The translations under genes and the position numbers were made by a program. From assembly GCA_963666485.2 (NCBI GenBank), contig CAXXUO010000009.1:128001-192000 (forward strand): a DNA stretch of 64,000 nt, written 5' to 3'. The notes under the pieces are model-generated. The model saw only the letters and a program-made list of their open reading frames with translations, was not told the DNA's origin and made no database searches. Origin of the DNA: Syntrophorhabdaceae bacterium (lineage in GTDB: Bacteria > Desulfobacterota > Syntrophorhabdia > Syntrophorhabdales > Syntrophorhabdaceae). This document shows, piece after piece, positions 21,190-30,768 of the stretch; position 1 is the stretch's first letter, and each line of letters opens with the position of its first letter.

Positions 21190-22326
21190 ATGTTGGAGCA
21201 GCAGAACATCGGCCAATCATCCCCCGTTTCTCGCCCCGGGGACAGCCTTGAATTCCCTATCTTTCGCCCTCAGCCAGTGTATCAGCCCGAGCGGCCTGCC
21301 TATTGCGAGGGCGATGTCCTGCCCCCATGGATCACCGGGTTCGTATCAACCGGCGCGGGGAAGATACCGGTCGCCGGCACGACGCTGAACTTCAGCGACA
21401 CCCGGGGAAGCTGGAAGGCGAGGTGGGGACTCAACCGCATGAACTACAGGGTCCGCCCCGGGCTTTACGGGATCGGAGAACCCGACGCGTCGTCCCCCGT
21501 TTTTCTTTCCGCCAATTACAAGATGAGCTTTGACAGGCTGCGCAAAGAGCTCGGCGGCCTCGACGCATGGGTGATGGTCCTCGACACAGACGGCATAAAC
21601 GTCTGGTGCGCAGCGGGAAAAGGCACCTTCGGGACCGAGGAGATCGTGAGGAGGATAGCGGCCGTGGAACTGTCCCGCATCGTCTCGCACCGCACGATCA
21701 TCTCACCCCAGCTCGGCGCGCCCGGCATCGCGGCGCACGAGGTCCGGAAAAGATCGGGCTTCAAAGTCGTGTACGGCCCCGTGCGTGCGTGCGACATCAA
21801 GGAATTCATGAAGGCGGGGTTGAAGGCGACACCCGCGATGCGTGCCGTCACGTTCGGCTTCGCCGAAAGGCTGGTGCTCACGCCGATCGAGATCGTGAAC
21901 ATAGTGAAGCCGATGCTCGGCATCGCCGCGGCTCTTGCTATCTTTCATTTTATCGGGATAGTTAAGGCGGATCTGTGGGGCATATACCCGTTCATCGGCG
22001 CGATATTCGCGGGTACGGTTGCCGGGCCCGCCCTTCTGCCGTGGCTCCCCGGCAGGGCATTTTCGGTAAAGGGGGCCGTCATCGGGCTTGCGTGGACATT
22101 CATCGTGCTTTATTTTGGGCTCACCCGCTACGGGATGCTGAACGGTCTCGCGCTCTTTTTGCTCCTTCCGGCAATATCGGCCTTCCTGACGCTCAACTTC
22201 ACCGGCGCCTCGACATATACCTCGCTCTCCGGTGTGCGGCGGGAGATGAAATTCGCGGTCCCGGTCATTGTCGCGTCAGCAGTCCTCGGCCTTGGCATCT
22301 TTATAGCCGGGCGGTTCTTTTCGTGA
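21190..22326 (+). CDS. hgcA: Mercury methylation corrinoid protein HgcA
   Basis: Cap-helix motif GINVWCAAGKGTFG; SANYKMSFD, PQLGAPG, YGPVRA; C-terminal TM helices with NFTGASTYTSLSGV; followed by hgcB. Confidence 0.96.
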   Translation: MLEQQNIGQSSPVSRPGDSLEFPIFRPQPVYQPERPAYCEGDVLPPWITGFVSTGAGKIPVAGTTLNFSDTRGSWKARWGLNRMNYRVRPGLYGIGEPDASSPVFLSANYKMSFDRLRKELGGLDAWVMVLDTDGINVWCAAGKGTFGTEEIVRRIAAVELSRIVSHRTIISPQLGAPGIAAHEVRKRSGFKVVYGPVRACDIKEFMKAGLKATPAMRAVTFGFAERLVLTPIEIVNIVKPMLGIAAALAIFHFIGIVKADLWGIYPFIGAIFAGTVAGPALLPWLPGRAFSVKGAVIGLAWTFIVLYFGLTRYGMLNGLALFLLLPAISAFLTLNFTGASTYTSLSGVRREMKFAVPVIVASAVLGLGIFIAGRFFS

Positions 22327-22338
22327 GAGGAACGAGAT

Positions 22339-22626
22339 ATGAAACAGCACTACCTTGAAAATGTAAGCACACTTCAACTGAACCCCGACAGGTGCACGGG
22401 GTGCGGGATGTGCTGCGATGTCTGCCCGCATGACGTGTTTGAACTCTCCGGGAAAAAGGCGCATATCCGCAATGTCGATGCCTGCATGGAATGCGGCGCC
22501 TGCGCGCGGAATTGCGCGTTCGGCGCTATAGCCGTCAATGCGGGCGTGGGCTGTGCAACGGGGATAATCATCGGCGCGCTGACCGGTACGGAGCCGAACT
22601 GCTGCGGCAGCGGGTCATGCTGCTGA
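22339..22626 (+). CDS. hgcB: Mercury methylation ferredoxin HgcB
   Basis: CTGCGMCCDVCP and CMECGACARNC, GVGCA, C-terminal CC pairs; 12 bp after hgcA. Confidence 0.95.
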   Translation: MKQHYLENVSTLQLNPDRCTGCGMCCDVCPHDVFELSGKKAHIRNVDACMECGACARNCAFGAIAVNAGVGCATGIIIGALTGTEPNCCGSGSCC

Positions 22627-22678
22627 ACTGAAGACCCCGCTCTGTTCCGAGCCCGCAGTCGACCTTCCCGGGCCCGGT

Positions 22679-25600
22679 TTACCGGTTCCTGAATTCCCTC
22701 TGTTTCCAGAACATATAGATAACGGGATAGACAACGAGTTCAAGAATGGTCGAGGTTATCACGCCTCCCACCATGGGCGCGGCTATCCTCTTCATGACGT
22801 CGGCCCCGGCCCCGTGGCTGAACATGATCGGGATGAGCCCGGCAAGGATAACGCAGACGGTCATCATCTTCGGGCGTATCCGTTTTACCGCGCCGTGCAT
22901 TATGGCATCCTTGAGACCGGCGATGCCCGTCAGTTTTCCTTCCCGTTTCCACTGATCATGGGCGAGGTCGAGGTATAGCAGCATGATGACGCCCGTTTCC
23001 GCGTCGAGGCCGGCAAGGGCTATAATGCCTACCCAGACGGCGATGCTCATGTTGTAACCGAGTATATAGAGAAACCAGAAAGAACCGACCAGAGAAAAAG
23101 GAACTGCCAGGAGAACAATCAGGGTCTTTGTTATGGAACGGGTGTTGAGATAGATCAGAATAAAAATAATAAGGAACGTCAGGGGGATGACGATGAGCAG
23201 CCGCTCGTGCGTCCTGACGAGGTACTCATACTCCCCGCTCCATTGCAGGCGATACCCGGGCGGTATCGTGAGAGACGCTATCTTCTTTTTTGCCTCTTCG
23301 ACATACCCCCCGATGTCCCTTCCGGTGAAATCAATGAACACGTAGGATGCAAGGAGGCCCTGCTCACTTTTGATCTGCGTCGGGCCTTTGACGATCTTTA
23401 TGTCGGCGAGCTGTTTGAGCGGGACCTGCATGATCGGCTGATTCGAAGGCGCAGGGGCCTGTCCTGCACCCCCTGACATCCCGCCGCCGGAAGGCTTAAC
23501 CTCGGAACCCGTCATGACGGGTATCAGGACCCGTTCGAGATGCGTGACACTATCGCGGAGTTCGCGGGCATACCGCACGTTGACGGGATAACGCTCCCTG
23601 CCCTCAATGGTTGTCGTAAGGTTCATGCCCCCGATAGCGGTTTGGATAACATCCTGGACATCCTGGACGTTGAGCCCCAAACGGGCCGCCTCCTGTCTTT
23701 TCAGGTCAAAATCCAGGAAATAACCCGTGGTTACCCGTTCGGCGTAGACGCTGCGCGTCCCGGGAATTTCCCGTATGTGATGCTCGATGGCAAGGCCGAT
23801 CCTTTCGATCTCCTCTATCTTTGGCCCGAGAACCTTGATGCCCACCGGCGTACGGATGCCGGTCGCGAGCATGTCGGTACGGGCCTTGATGGGCATGGTG
23901 AAGGAATTGGCCACACCGGGAAGGGTGAGGTTTTCATTTAACTCGTCCTTCAGTTTTTCCACCGTCATCCCCGGCCGCCATTTCGATTCCGGCTTCAAGT
24001 TTATCGTCGTCTCGAACATCTCGAGGGGTGCGGGGTCCGTGGCGGTCTCGGCCCTGCCGGCTTTTCCGAACACCGATTCCACCTCGGGGACCGCCTTTAT
24101 TATTTTGTCCTGCAGTTCAAGGAGGTCCTTTGCGACAGAGATCGAGGCCGCCGGCGCGGTGACCGGCATATAGAAAAGAGTGCCTTCGTATAAAGGAGGC
24201 ATAAATTCGGTGCCCAGCTTCATGAAAGGATAGACAGTGACAGCCAGGATGATCACTGCGCCGATTATGACCCACATCTTGAATCTGAGGGCCATTTCCG
24301 CGATCGGGCCGTAGACCGTGTGGAGAAACCGGCTGACAGGGTTCTTTTCCTCGGGTCTTACTTTGCCCCTGATAAAAAGCGTCATAAGAACGGGGGTCAG
24401 CGTCACCGCGAGGAAAGATGAAAAGAGCATCGCGAAAGTCTTGGTGTATGCGAGGGGTTTAAAGAGCCGGCCCGCCTGTCCCTCCAGCGTAAAGACCGGC
24501 AGAAAACCGACGGTGATGACGAGAAGCGAAAAGAAGAGCGAGGGCCCGACCTCTTTGGCTGCCTCGGTAATAACGCGCGCCCTGCTTTCCTGCCTTCCGC
24601 CCTCTTCCCATTCTTCAAGCTTTTTATGGGCATTCTCCACCATGATGATCGACGCGTCGACCATTGCCCCGATCGCGATGGCAATGCCGGAGAGGCTCAT
24701 GATATTGGACGTGACATTGAGGTAGAACATGCAGATAAATGACATGATGATGGCGAAGGGCAGGGTCAGGATCACAACGAGTGCGCTCGGCAAATGAAAG
24801 AGAAACACGAGGCAGACCACGCTTACCGCTATTGCCAGCTTCAGGATCTCTTCCTTGAGGGTGCCTATTGCACGGTGTATGAGGTCGGACCGGTCATATG
24901 TCACGACAACTTTCACGCCTTTGGGCAGTGACGGCTGGATGTCCTGCGCGATCTTCTGTTTTACCCTCTCGATCGCGTTCAGGACGTTCTCCCCAAACCT
25001 CACAATGACGATCCCGCCGGCCACGTCACCCTTCCCGTCGAGATCGGCCAATCCGCGGCGGATCTCCGGACCGAGCTTCACCGTGGCTACGTCTTTAAGA
25101 AATACAGGGGTCCCGAGGTTGTTCGTTTTAACGGCGATATTCTCGACATCGGCAATGTCCCTTATATATCCCCTGCCCCGCACCATGTATTCAATGCCCG
25201 AGAATTCGAGGACCCGGCCTTCCACGTCGAGGTTGCTCTTTCGCACGGCTTCCATGACCCTGGTAATAGGCACGTTGAAAGCCACGAGCCGATTGGGATC
25301 GATGGTGATCTGATATTGTTTGACGAAGCCGCCGATCGATGCGACCTGTGAAATCCCGGGTACGCTCTCGATGGCCAGCTTCAGGTTCCAATCCTGCAAG
25401 GACCTCAACTGAGCAAGGTCATACCTGCCGCTCTCATCGACGAGAGCATAGGAAAAGCCCCATCCCAGGCTGGTCGCGTCGGGCCCGAGCACAGGGTTCA
25501 CGGATTCGGGCAATTTGTTCCGTACCGCCTGCAGGTATTCAAGGACCCTGCTCCGCGCCCAGTATATGTCCGTTCCCTCTTTAAAGATGACGTAGATGAA

Positions 25601-25873
25601 GGAGCTTCCCAGGAAAGAAAAACCGCGCACTGCCTGGACGTGGGGCGCTGCGAGGAGCGTTGATGTGATGGGGTACGTTATCTGGTCTTCGATAAGGTCG
25701 GGGCTTCTGCCGGTCCATTCCGTGTAAATTATGACCTGCGTGTCGCTCAGGTCGGGGATCGCGTCGAGCGGCGTATATTTAAGGGCCCACAGTCCCCAGG
25801 CAAAAGCAAAAAAGATGAGGAAGACGACTATGAATTTATTTCGTGAGCTCAGTTCGATGATCTTCGCTATCAT
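22679..25873 (-). CDS. cusA: Heavy-metal RND efflux permease, CusA family
   Basis: LDAIPDLSDTQVII, YWARSRVLEYL, GTEFMPP, DPAPLEMFET, MLATGIRTPVG, KRIRPKMMT. Confidence 0.94.
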   Translation of the reverse strand: MIAKIIELSSRNKFIVVFLIFFAFAWGLWALKYTPLDAIPDLSDTQVIIYTEWTGRSPDLIEDQITYPITSTLLAAPHVQAVRGFSFLGSSFIYVIFKEGTDIYWARSRVLEYLQAVRNKLPESVNPVLGPDATSLGWGFSYALVDESGRYDLAQLRSLQDWNLKLAIESVPGISQVASIGGFVKQYQITIDPNRLVAFNVPITRVMEAVRKSNLDVEGRVLEFSGIEYMVRGRGYIRDIADVENIAVKTNNLGTPVFLKDVATVKLGPEIRRGLADLDGKGDVAGGIVIVRFGENVLNAIERVKQKIAQDIQPSLPKGVKVVVTYDRSDLIHRAIGTLKEEILKLAIAVSVVCLVFLFHLPSALVVILTLPFAIIMSFICMFYLNVTSNIMSLSGIAIAIGAMVDASIIMVENAHKKLEEWEEGGRQESRARVITEAAKEVGPSLFFSLLVITVGFLPVFTLEGQAGRLFKPLAYTKTFAMLFSSFLAVTLTPVLMTLFIRGKVRPEEKNPVSRFLHTVYGPIAEMALRFKMWVIIGAVIILAVTVYPFMKLGTEFMPPLYEGTLFYMPVTAPAASISVAKDLLELQDKIIKAVPEVESVFGKAGRAETATDPAPLEMFETTINLKPESKWRPGMTVEKLKDELNENLTLPGVANSFTMPIKARTDMLATGIRTPVGIKVLGPKIEEIERIGLAIEHHIREIPGTRSVYAERVTTGYFLDFDLKRQEAARLGLNVQDVQDVIQTAIGGMNLTTTIEGRERYPVNVRYARELRDSVTHLERVLIPVMTGSEVKPSGGGMSGGAGQAPAPSNQPIMQVPLKQLADIKIVKGPTQIKSEQGLLASYVFIDFTGRDIGGYVEEAKKKIASLTIPPGYRLQWSGEYEYLVRTHERLLIVIPLTFLIIFILIYLNTRSITKTLIVLLAVPFSLVGSFWFLYILGYNMSIAVWVGIIALAGLDAETGVIMLLYLDLAHDQWKREGKLTGIAGLKDAIMHGAVKRIRPKMMTVCVILAGLIPIMFSHGAGADVMKRIAAPMVGGVITSTILELVVYPVIYMFWKQREFRNR

Positions 25874-25928
25874 AACCTGTCGTCACCTGCTTGAGGCTTG
25901 AGACAACCATGGACCGCACTTCACGATT

Positions 25929-27317
25929 TTAATGCCTGTGCCCCCCGGGGGGCGGGGCGCTTTGCTTCGGGCTTTCGGACGGACCGGCAGACGATTTCGG
26001 GACAGGTGCCTGCGTCGAGGGGGCCTCTTTGCCGGCCCGGGATGTGTCCTGTTTTGAAGCTGGCCTTGCCGGGGCCTCGACACCTTTGAGCTTTGCCTCG
26101 GAGTCAATGAGGAAATTAGCCGACGATGCAACCAGGTCCCCGGCCTTGAGACCGGACCTGATCTCTACCATCCTGTCCGCTTTCGCCCCCGTCACAACTT
26201 CCCTTGGCTCGAACGTTCCCTCTCCTTTGTCGATATAGACGATCTTTCTCAATCCTGTATCTATGACAGCTTCATCGGGAACGGCCAGTTTCCGCCCCAG
26301 ATCCACCAGCAGTTCAACGTCGGCAAACATCTGGGGCCGCAAATTTCCCTGCGGATTAGGGATGCTGAACCGTACCTTCATTGTCCGGGTCTCTGCCGAT
26401 AGCGTCGGGGAGACGAATTCAACCCGCGATGAATATTCTTTACCGGGGAAGGAATTAAGCCTGATCTTAGCGATATCACCCTCTTTGACGAAAGGAAATT
26501 CGAATTCGTAGATATCCGCCACAACCCAGACATTCGACAGGTCCGCCACGTCGAACAATTTCTCGCCTGCCATGACCTTCTGTCCCTGAACGACATATTT
26601 CTGGAGGACATAGCCGCCTGAGGGGCTCGCAATGGCAAGTGTCTTCAGCGGCGTTTCGCTTTGCTCGATCCGGCGTATCTGGGCATCGCTGACGTCCCAT
26701 AGCTTCAAACGCTTACGGGCTGAGTCGAGGATCACCTCCGCATCCTTGCGAAGCATGTCCCCGAAGTCCTGCTGATCGTCCGTGCCCGGCCCCGCCTGAT
26801 GAGAGTTCCTCCGGGCGGTCTTCTTCGCCCATCGGACGAGATTGATAAATTCCTGCTGGGTTGCCCAGAGTTCCGGACTGTATATATCTGCCACGCGCTC
26901 GCCCTTCTTTACATATGTGCCCGTGTAATTGACGTAGAGCCGCTCGATCCAGCCTTCCACCTTGGTATTGATGGTGGTGAGCTTGCGCTCATCATATTCC
27001 ACGCGGCCCACCGTCCTGACTATTTTACGCAGCGGCACGACGGCAGCGGGAGTTGTCCTGACACCGATGACCTTTTGCTTCTCCGGCGGTATTTCGATGG
27101 TGGGCGGAGGCGTCGATTCCTGCTTTGCGGCGGCGTCCGGGGACCTTGCCGGTGATGCGCCCGTTGACGTCCCGGGGGACTGCCCGTGCTGGTGCCCTCC
27201 TGACTGTTCAGGGTTTTCTTTGGGCGTTGCCCGCCTGGAAGGATTTGCGAGATAAAAGATCGCAAATCCGGCGGCAATGACGATGCAGACAACAACGAGA
27301 ATGCGTACCTTATTCAT
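25929..27317 (-). CDS. cusB: RND efflux periplasmic adaptor, CusB family
   Basis: GWIERLY, YSPEL, ADLSNVWV, LRPQMF, NFLIDSEA. Confidence 0.9.
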   Translation of the reverse strand: MNKVRILVVVCIVIAAGFAIFYLANPSRRATPKENPEQSGGHQHGQSPGTSTGASPARSPDAAAKQESTPPPTIEIPPEKQKVIGVRTTPAAVVPLRKIVRTVGRVEYDERKLTTINTKVEGWIERLYVNYTGTYVKKGERVADIYSPELWATQQEFINLVRWAKKTARRNSHQAGPGTDDQQDFGDMLRKDAEVILDSARKRLKLWDVSDAQIRRIEQSETPLKTLAIASPSGGYVLQKYVVQGQKVMAGEKLFDVADLSNVWVVADIYEFEFPFVKEGDIAKIRLNSFPGKEYSSRVEFVSPTLSAETRTMKVRFSIPNPQGNLRPQMFADVELLVDLGRKLAVPDEAVIDTGLRKIVYIDKGEGTFEPREVVTGAKADRMVEIRSGLKAGDLVASSANFLIDSEAKLKGVEAPARPASKQDTSRAGKEAPSTQAPVPKSSAGPSESPKQSAPPPGGHRH

Positions 27318-28647
27318 GGGGAACCTTTCCCGGGTCGTGCCTGATCATGTTAGAGGCCGGCTTTGAATCGCGTATCCCCCATTTCCCTGAGTTCCTGCCG
27401 GTAACCATATCGAGCAAGGCAACGGCCTTTTCGCGCTGCACATATTGTGCCCAGTACAAAAGCTCCGTGTCCAGAAGGGCCTTCAGCCGTGAAATTGCCG
27501 TGATGGCCTCGATCTTGCCGGCAGTATAACCTGAAAGTGCAAGCTGAAAATCCTGGTACGTTTTGGGGATAACACCTTCCTTGTAAAGTTTCATAAGTTT
27601 TTCCGATGTCTTCACCATGGAAAAACTGTCCCGTATCCCGGACGACAACATATATTCCAGGGAAGCGATCTCCCGTTTGGCCCCGAGACGATTTGCCTCG
27701 GCTTCCAATACTGCCTGCGATTGTTTCGTCGTGGAATAAAGGGGGATATTGACCGATACCGTGACGTTCCACATATCCAGCATTCCCTTGGTCTTCGGAA
27801 AATAGCTGACACCCAGCGTCGGGTCGGGGTAATATTCTTTTTTTGCCATTTGGACCTTTGCTTCCGCGGCATCGGCCATGGCCTGCTTTGCATGGATCTC
27901 GGGCGAGTTCTTCTTTGCCATCTCCAGAGATTCCTCGAGGCTCAGCTCGTAGGGGGTGGAGGAAAACTCGGCCGGGCGGCTAAGAGGCGTGGTGATGTCC
28001 CGACCGAGTGTGTTATTGAGCATCCCCTGGATAGCCTGTATCCTTTGCCTCTGCATTTCCTCTCTTTCGATGAGCATATACTTCTCGGTCTGGGCCATGA
28101 CTATCTCTTGCTGGGAACCCGTGCCCGACGCATACCGGGCCGAAGCGGCATCTTCGATCATCGAAAAATAATCAGACAGCTTCTTCAGCACATCGATGTT
28201 TTTATAGGCAAGGAAAAGTTCGTAATACAACTGCCTGACCGTCGCCACGACCTTGAGTTGGGCCGCCCTGTGCGTCCACCTCAGATTGTCCGCATCCCTG
28301 GCGGCCATCTGGCCTTTCAGGTCGCGTTTTCCCCAAAAAGGAAACATTTGAGACAACGCAAACATGCCCATCGAATTTGGCTCTTCCCCGATGGTTATTC
28401 GCTGGAACCCTTCATTTTGATATCCGAACATGAACATGGGGTCCGGCAGGCTTTGCGCCTGGGGGACCCTGTAGAGTGAAGCTGACACCCTCGTTTCAGA
28501 AACGAGAAGCTCAGGGCTTTTATTCAGGGCTTCACCGACAAGGTCATCGAGACCGACCGTATTGATATCGCCGGCCAGTACCTGCGAGAAGACGATCAAA
28601 AAAGCAAACAACATCATGATTGTACGATGTATATTTCGCAATGTCAT
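27310..28647 (-). CDS. TolC-family outer-membrane efflux protein
   Basis: Signal peptide, LPDP, SQMFPFWGK, YYPD; position in the efflux operon; start ATG 28647 after SD GGAGG. Confidence 0.88.
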   Translation of the reverse strand: MTLRNIHRTIMMLFAFLIVFSQVLAGDINTVGLDDLVGEALNKSPELLVSETRVSASLYRVPQAQSLPDPMFMFGYQNEGFQRITIGEEPNSMGMFALSQMFPFWGKRDLKGQMAARDADNLRWTHRAAQLKVVATVRQLYYELFLAYKNIDVLKKLSDYFSMIEDAASARYASGTGSQQEIVMAQTEKYMLIEREEMQRQRIQAIQGMLNNTLGRDITTPLSRPAEFSSTPYELSLEESLEMAKKNSPEIHAKQAMADAAEAKVQMAKKEYYPDPTLGVSYFPKTKGMLDMWNVTVSVNIPLYSTTKQSQAVLEAEANRLGAKREIASLEYMLSSGIRDSFSMVKTSEKLMKLYKEGVIPKTYQDFQLALSGYTAGKIEAITAISRLKALLDTELLYWAQYVQREKAVALLDMVTGRNSGKWGIRDSKPASNMIRHDPGKVPHE

Positions 28648-28674
28648 CCCTCCCTCCTGCCGCATTAAAAGAGA

Positions 28675-29070
28675 TTACCTGGCATCTACCGAAAATTTGG
28701 CAGAAACTGTTTTACCGGCCCTCGTCACTTTGAGATCGTTATTCCAGGACCCTGACATGGAATAATCTATTTTTGCCCTGTAAACGTTCCCCGCAGGTAC
28801 CAGGTCCGCTTTATAGTTCATGGCCGGCATTCCCGGCATGGCAGGCATCGAATAATTGAGAAGCACCTTTGCGTCGGTAACGGCCTTGCCTGACGCATCA
28901 GTGATGTTTACCTCGATATTGTTCGGTCCGGCAACCGGGGGATTTTTATCGATCCGGATATTTACAGTGAGGTCCCCCGCTTTCCTGGTGATCTCGTAAT
29001 CTTTGGCGTAAGCAACGCAAACCACCATTATGATCGTCAACATTATTATCAGCGCACATGATCTTTTCAT
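28675..29070 (-). CDS. Exported FixH/YtkA-like Met-rich protein
   Basis: Signal peptide, YSMPAMPGMPAM, SMSGSW; first gene of the efflux operon. Confidence 0.8.
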   Translation of the reverse strand: MKRSCALIIMLTIIMVVCVAYAKDYEITRKAGDLTVNIRIDKNPPVAGPNNIEVNITDASGKAVTDAKVLLNYSMPAMPGMPAMNYKADLVPAGNVYRAKIDYSMSGSWNNDLKVTRAGKTVSAKFSVDAR

Positions 29071-29198
29071 GATCTCCTCCTTTAAAATCAATTATAAAGC
29101 CAAATTATTACGGGGAAAAGCCCCGTAAGGGCTGCCCCCTCTTAAATACGGCTCTTACAATGCATCTACCGCAGGCAATAAAGGCAGGACTTTGTCCG

Positions 29199-29588
29199 TC
29201 ACCTGCACGCAACAGCATCTATCTCCACGAGGACCCCGCGAGGAAGGGCGCTCACCTCTACCGTCGAGCGTGCGGGATAATCCCCCTGAAAAAATGATTC
29301 ATATACGCCGTTGACTGCACCGAAACTTGAAAGGTCCTTGAGATATATGGTGGTCTTTACCACGTCTTCCAATGAAAGGCCGGCCGCCTCGACGACGGCT
29401 TTAACATTTTCCATCACCTGCCGCGCCTGCACCTCGGCCGGGCCTTCCACAACCTGTCCCGTCGCGGGATCGATCGGGATCTGGCCGGAACAGAACAGCA
29501 TGCTGTCAGCAGATATCTTTACGGCCTGAGAATAAGGGCCGATCGCCCGGGGAGCATCTTCTGTCTGAATGATATCTTTCACGTGCAC
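29199..29588 (-). CDS. ridA: RidA/YjgF family enamine deaminase
   Basis: APRAIGPYSQA, SGQIPIDP, PARSTVEV, VEID; true start may be GTG 29582. Confidence 0.92.
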   Translation of the reverse strand: MHVKDIIQTEDAPRAIGPYSQAVKISADSMLFCSGQIPIDPATGQVVEGPAEVQARQVMENVKAVVEAAGLSLEDVVKTTIYLKDLSSFGAVNGVYESFFQGDYPARSTVEVSALPRGVLVEIDAVACR

Positions 29589-29667
29589 TACTCCTTAATT
29601 ATCCTGTTGTCGCGAGAATATCACAGCTGGAGGGGGAGAGACGTCCCTGGTGCGAAAGAAATTCCTC

Positions 29668-30768
29668 TTACCGGGACGATCCGGTAATGATCCCTCCGCC
29701 GAGGACCAATTCGCCGCGGTACAGAACCACGGACTGGCCCGGTGTTATTGATTCCTGGGGTTCTTTAAAGCATAGCGCCAACGATCCATCGTCCCGGAGG
29801 TCTGCCACGCATTGCGCCGGAGGCGCGGTTGACCGGATCTTCGCATGAATTACACCATCCGGCCATTCGGGGAAAGGTACTAACCAATTGACATTTTCTG
29901 CAACAAGCCCGCGGCTCATCAATTCCTCTTTCGGCCCCGCAACGATCTCATTCCCGGCGGCATCGATACGGATCACGTAATAGGGCTCTTTGAGCCCGGC
30001 AAGGCCGAGTGCCCGGCGCTGGCCTATCGTGTAGAATGCAACGCCGCGATGCTTCCCGATGATCTTGCCCGCCGTGTCGACTATGTTGCCTGCCCGGGGC
30101 GTTTCTTTCAGCAAAGGGGTGTAGTCTGTGAATTCAAGGAAATCCTGACTTTCTCTTTTTTCGAGATACTCCCCGAAACCCGCTTCGAGCGCGAGCGCCT
30201 TCACATCCTGTTTGCTAAATTCACCAAGAGGAAATAGAACCTGTGAAAGCTGGTCCTGCGACAGACGATAAAGAAAATACGACTGGTCCTTGGACTTGTC
30301 GGTCCCGCGCAAAAGGGTATACCGGCCCAATGCGGCATCGCGTCTGACGCGGGCATAATGGCCCGTCGCAAACAGGTCGAAAGGAATACCGCTTGTCCGC
30401 GCTTTTTCGATGAGAGAACCAAATTTTACCCGTGAATTACAAACAACACAGGGATTGGGCGTTCTCCCGTCTGTGTACTCGGCGCTGAAATAATCGAGGA
30501 CGACACTGTCATACTCTGCACAGAGATCTACGACAAAATGTTCGATGCCGAGCCCGGCCGCCGCTTTTTTCGCATCTTCAATATCAGATGCTTCGCCGGG
30601 ACCGTAACATCCGCTGCGTACCGGATCGCAGGCCATGGAGCCGTCCCATATCTTCATCGTCAGGCCAATGATGTCATACCCTTTTTCCTTGAGGAGGTAT
30701 GCCGTTACCGTCGAATCGATGCCGCCGCTCATGCCCACGGCGACCCTTTTACCCGAGGTCATCATCAT
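29668..30768 (-). CDS. mnmA: tRNA 2-thiouridine(34) synthase
   Basis: GMSGGIDS, GRTPNPCVVCN, ATGHYA, KDQSYFL, YTIGQRR, ITPGQS. Confidence 0.95.
   Translation of the reverse strand: MMMTSGKRVAVGMSGGIDSTVTAYLLKEKGYDIIGLTMKIWDGSMACDPVRSGCYGPGEASDIEDAKKAAAGLGIEHFVVDLCAEYDSVVLDYFSAEYTDGRTPNPCVVCNSRVKFGSLIEKARTSGIPFDLFATGHYARVRRDAALGRYTLLRGTDKSKDQSYFLYRLSQDQLSQVLFPLGEFSKQDVKALALEAGFGEYLEKRESQDFLEFTDYTPLLKETPRAGNIVDTAGKIIGKHRGVAFYTIGQRRALGLAGLKEPYYVIRIDAAGNEIVAGPKEELMSRGLVAENVNWLVPFPEWPDGVIHAKIRSTAPPAQCVADLRDDGSLALCFKEPQESITPGQSVVLYRGELVLGGGIITGSSR

Noticed and set aside
21173..21320. Selenocysteine-type HgcA with an N-terminal Cys-Sec motif
   Set aside because: No in-frame TGA in the N-terminal extension, and the cysE coding region ends 17 bp upstream
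22624..22700. Sec read-through of the hgcB CC-TGA end
   Set aside because: A terminal CC is the normal HgcB end; read-through runs into the convergent cusA and I see no convincing SECIS
29108..29128. TTACGGGG-N5-CCCCGTAA as a CsoR copper operator
   Set aside because: The G/C tract order is opposite to typical CsoR sites; it could equally be a ridA terminator, so unresolved
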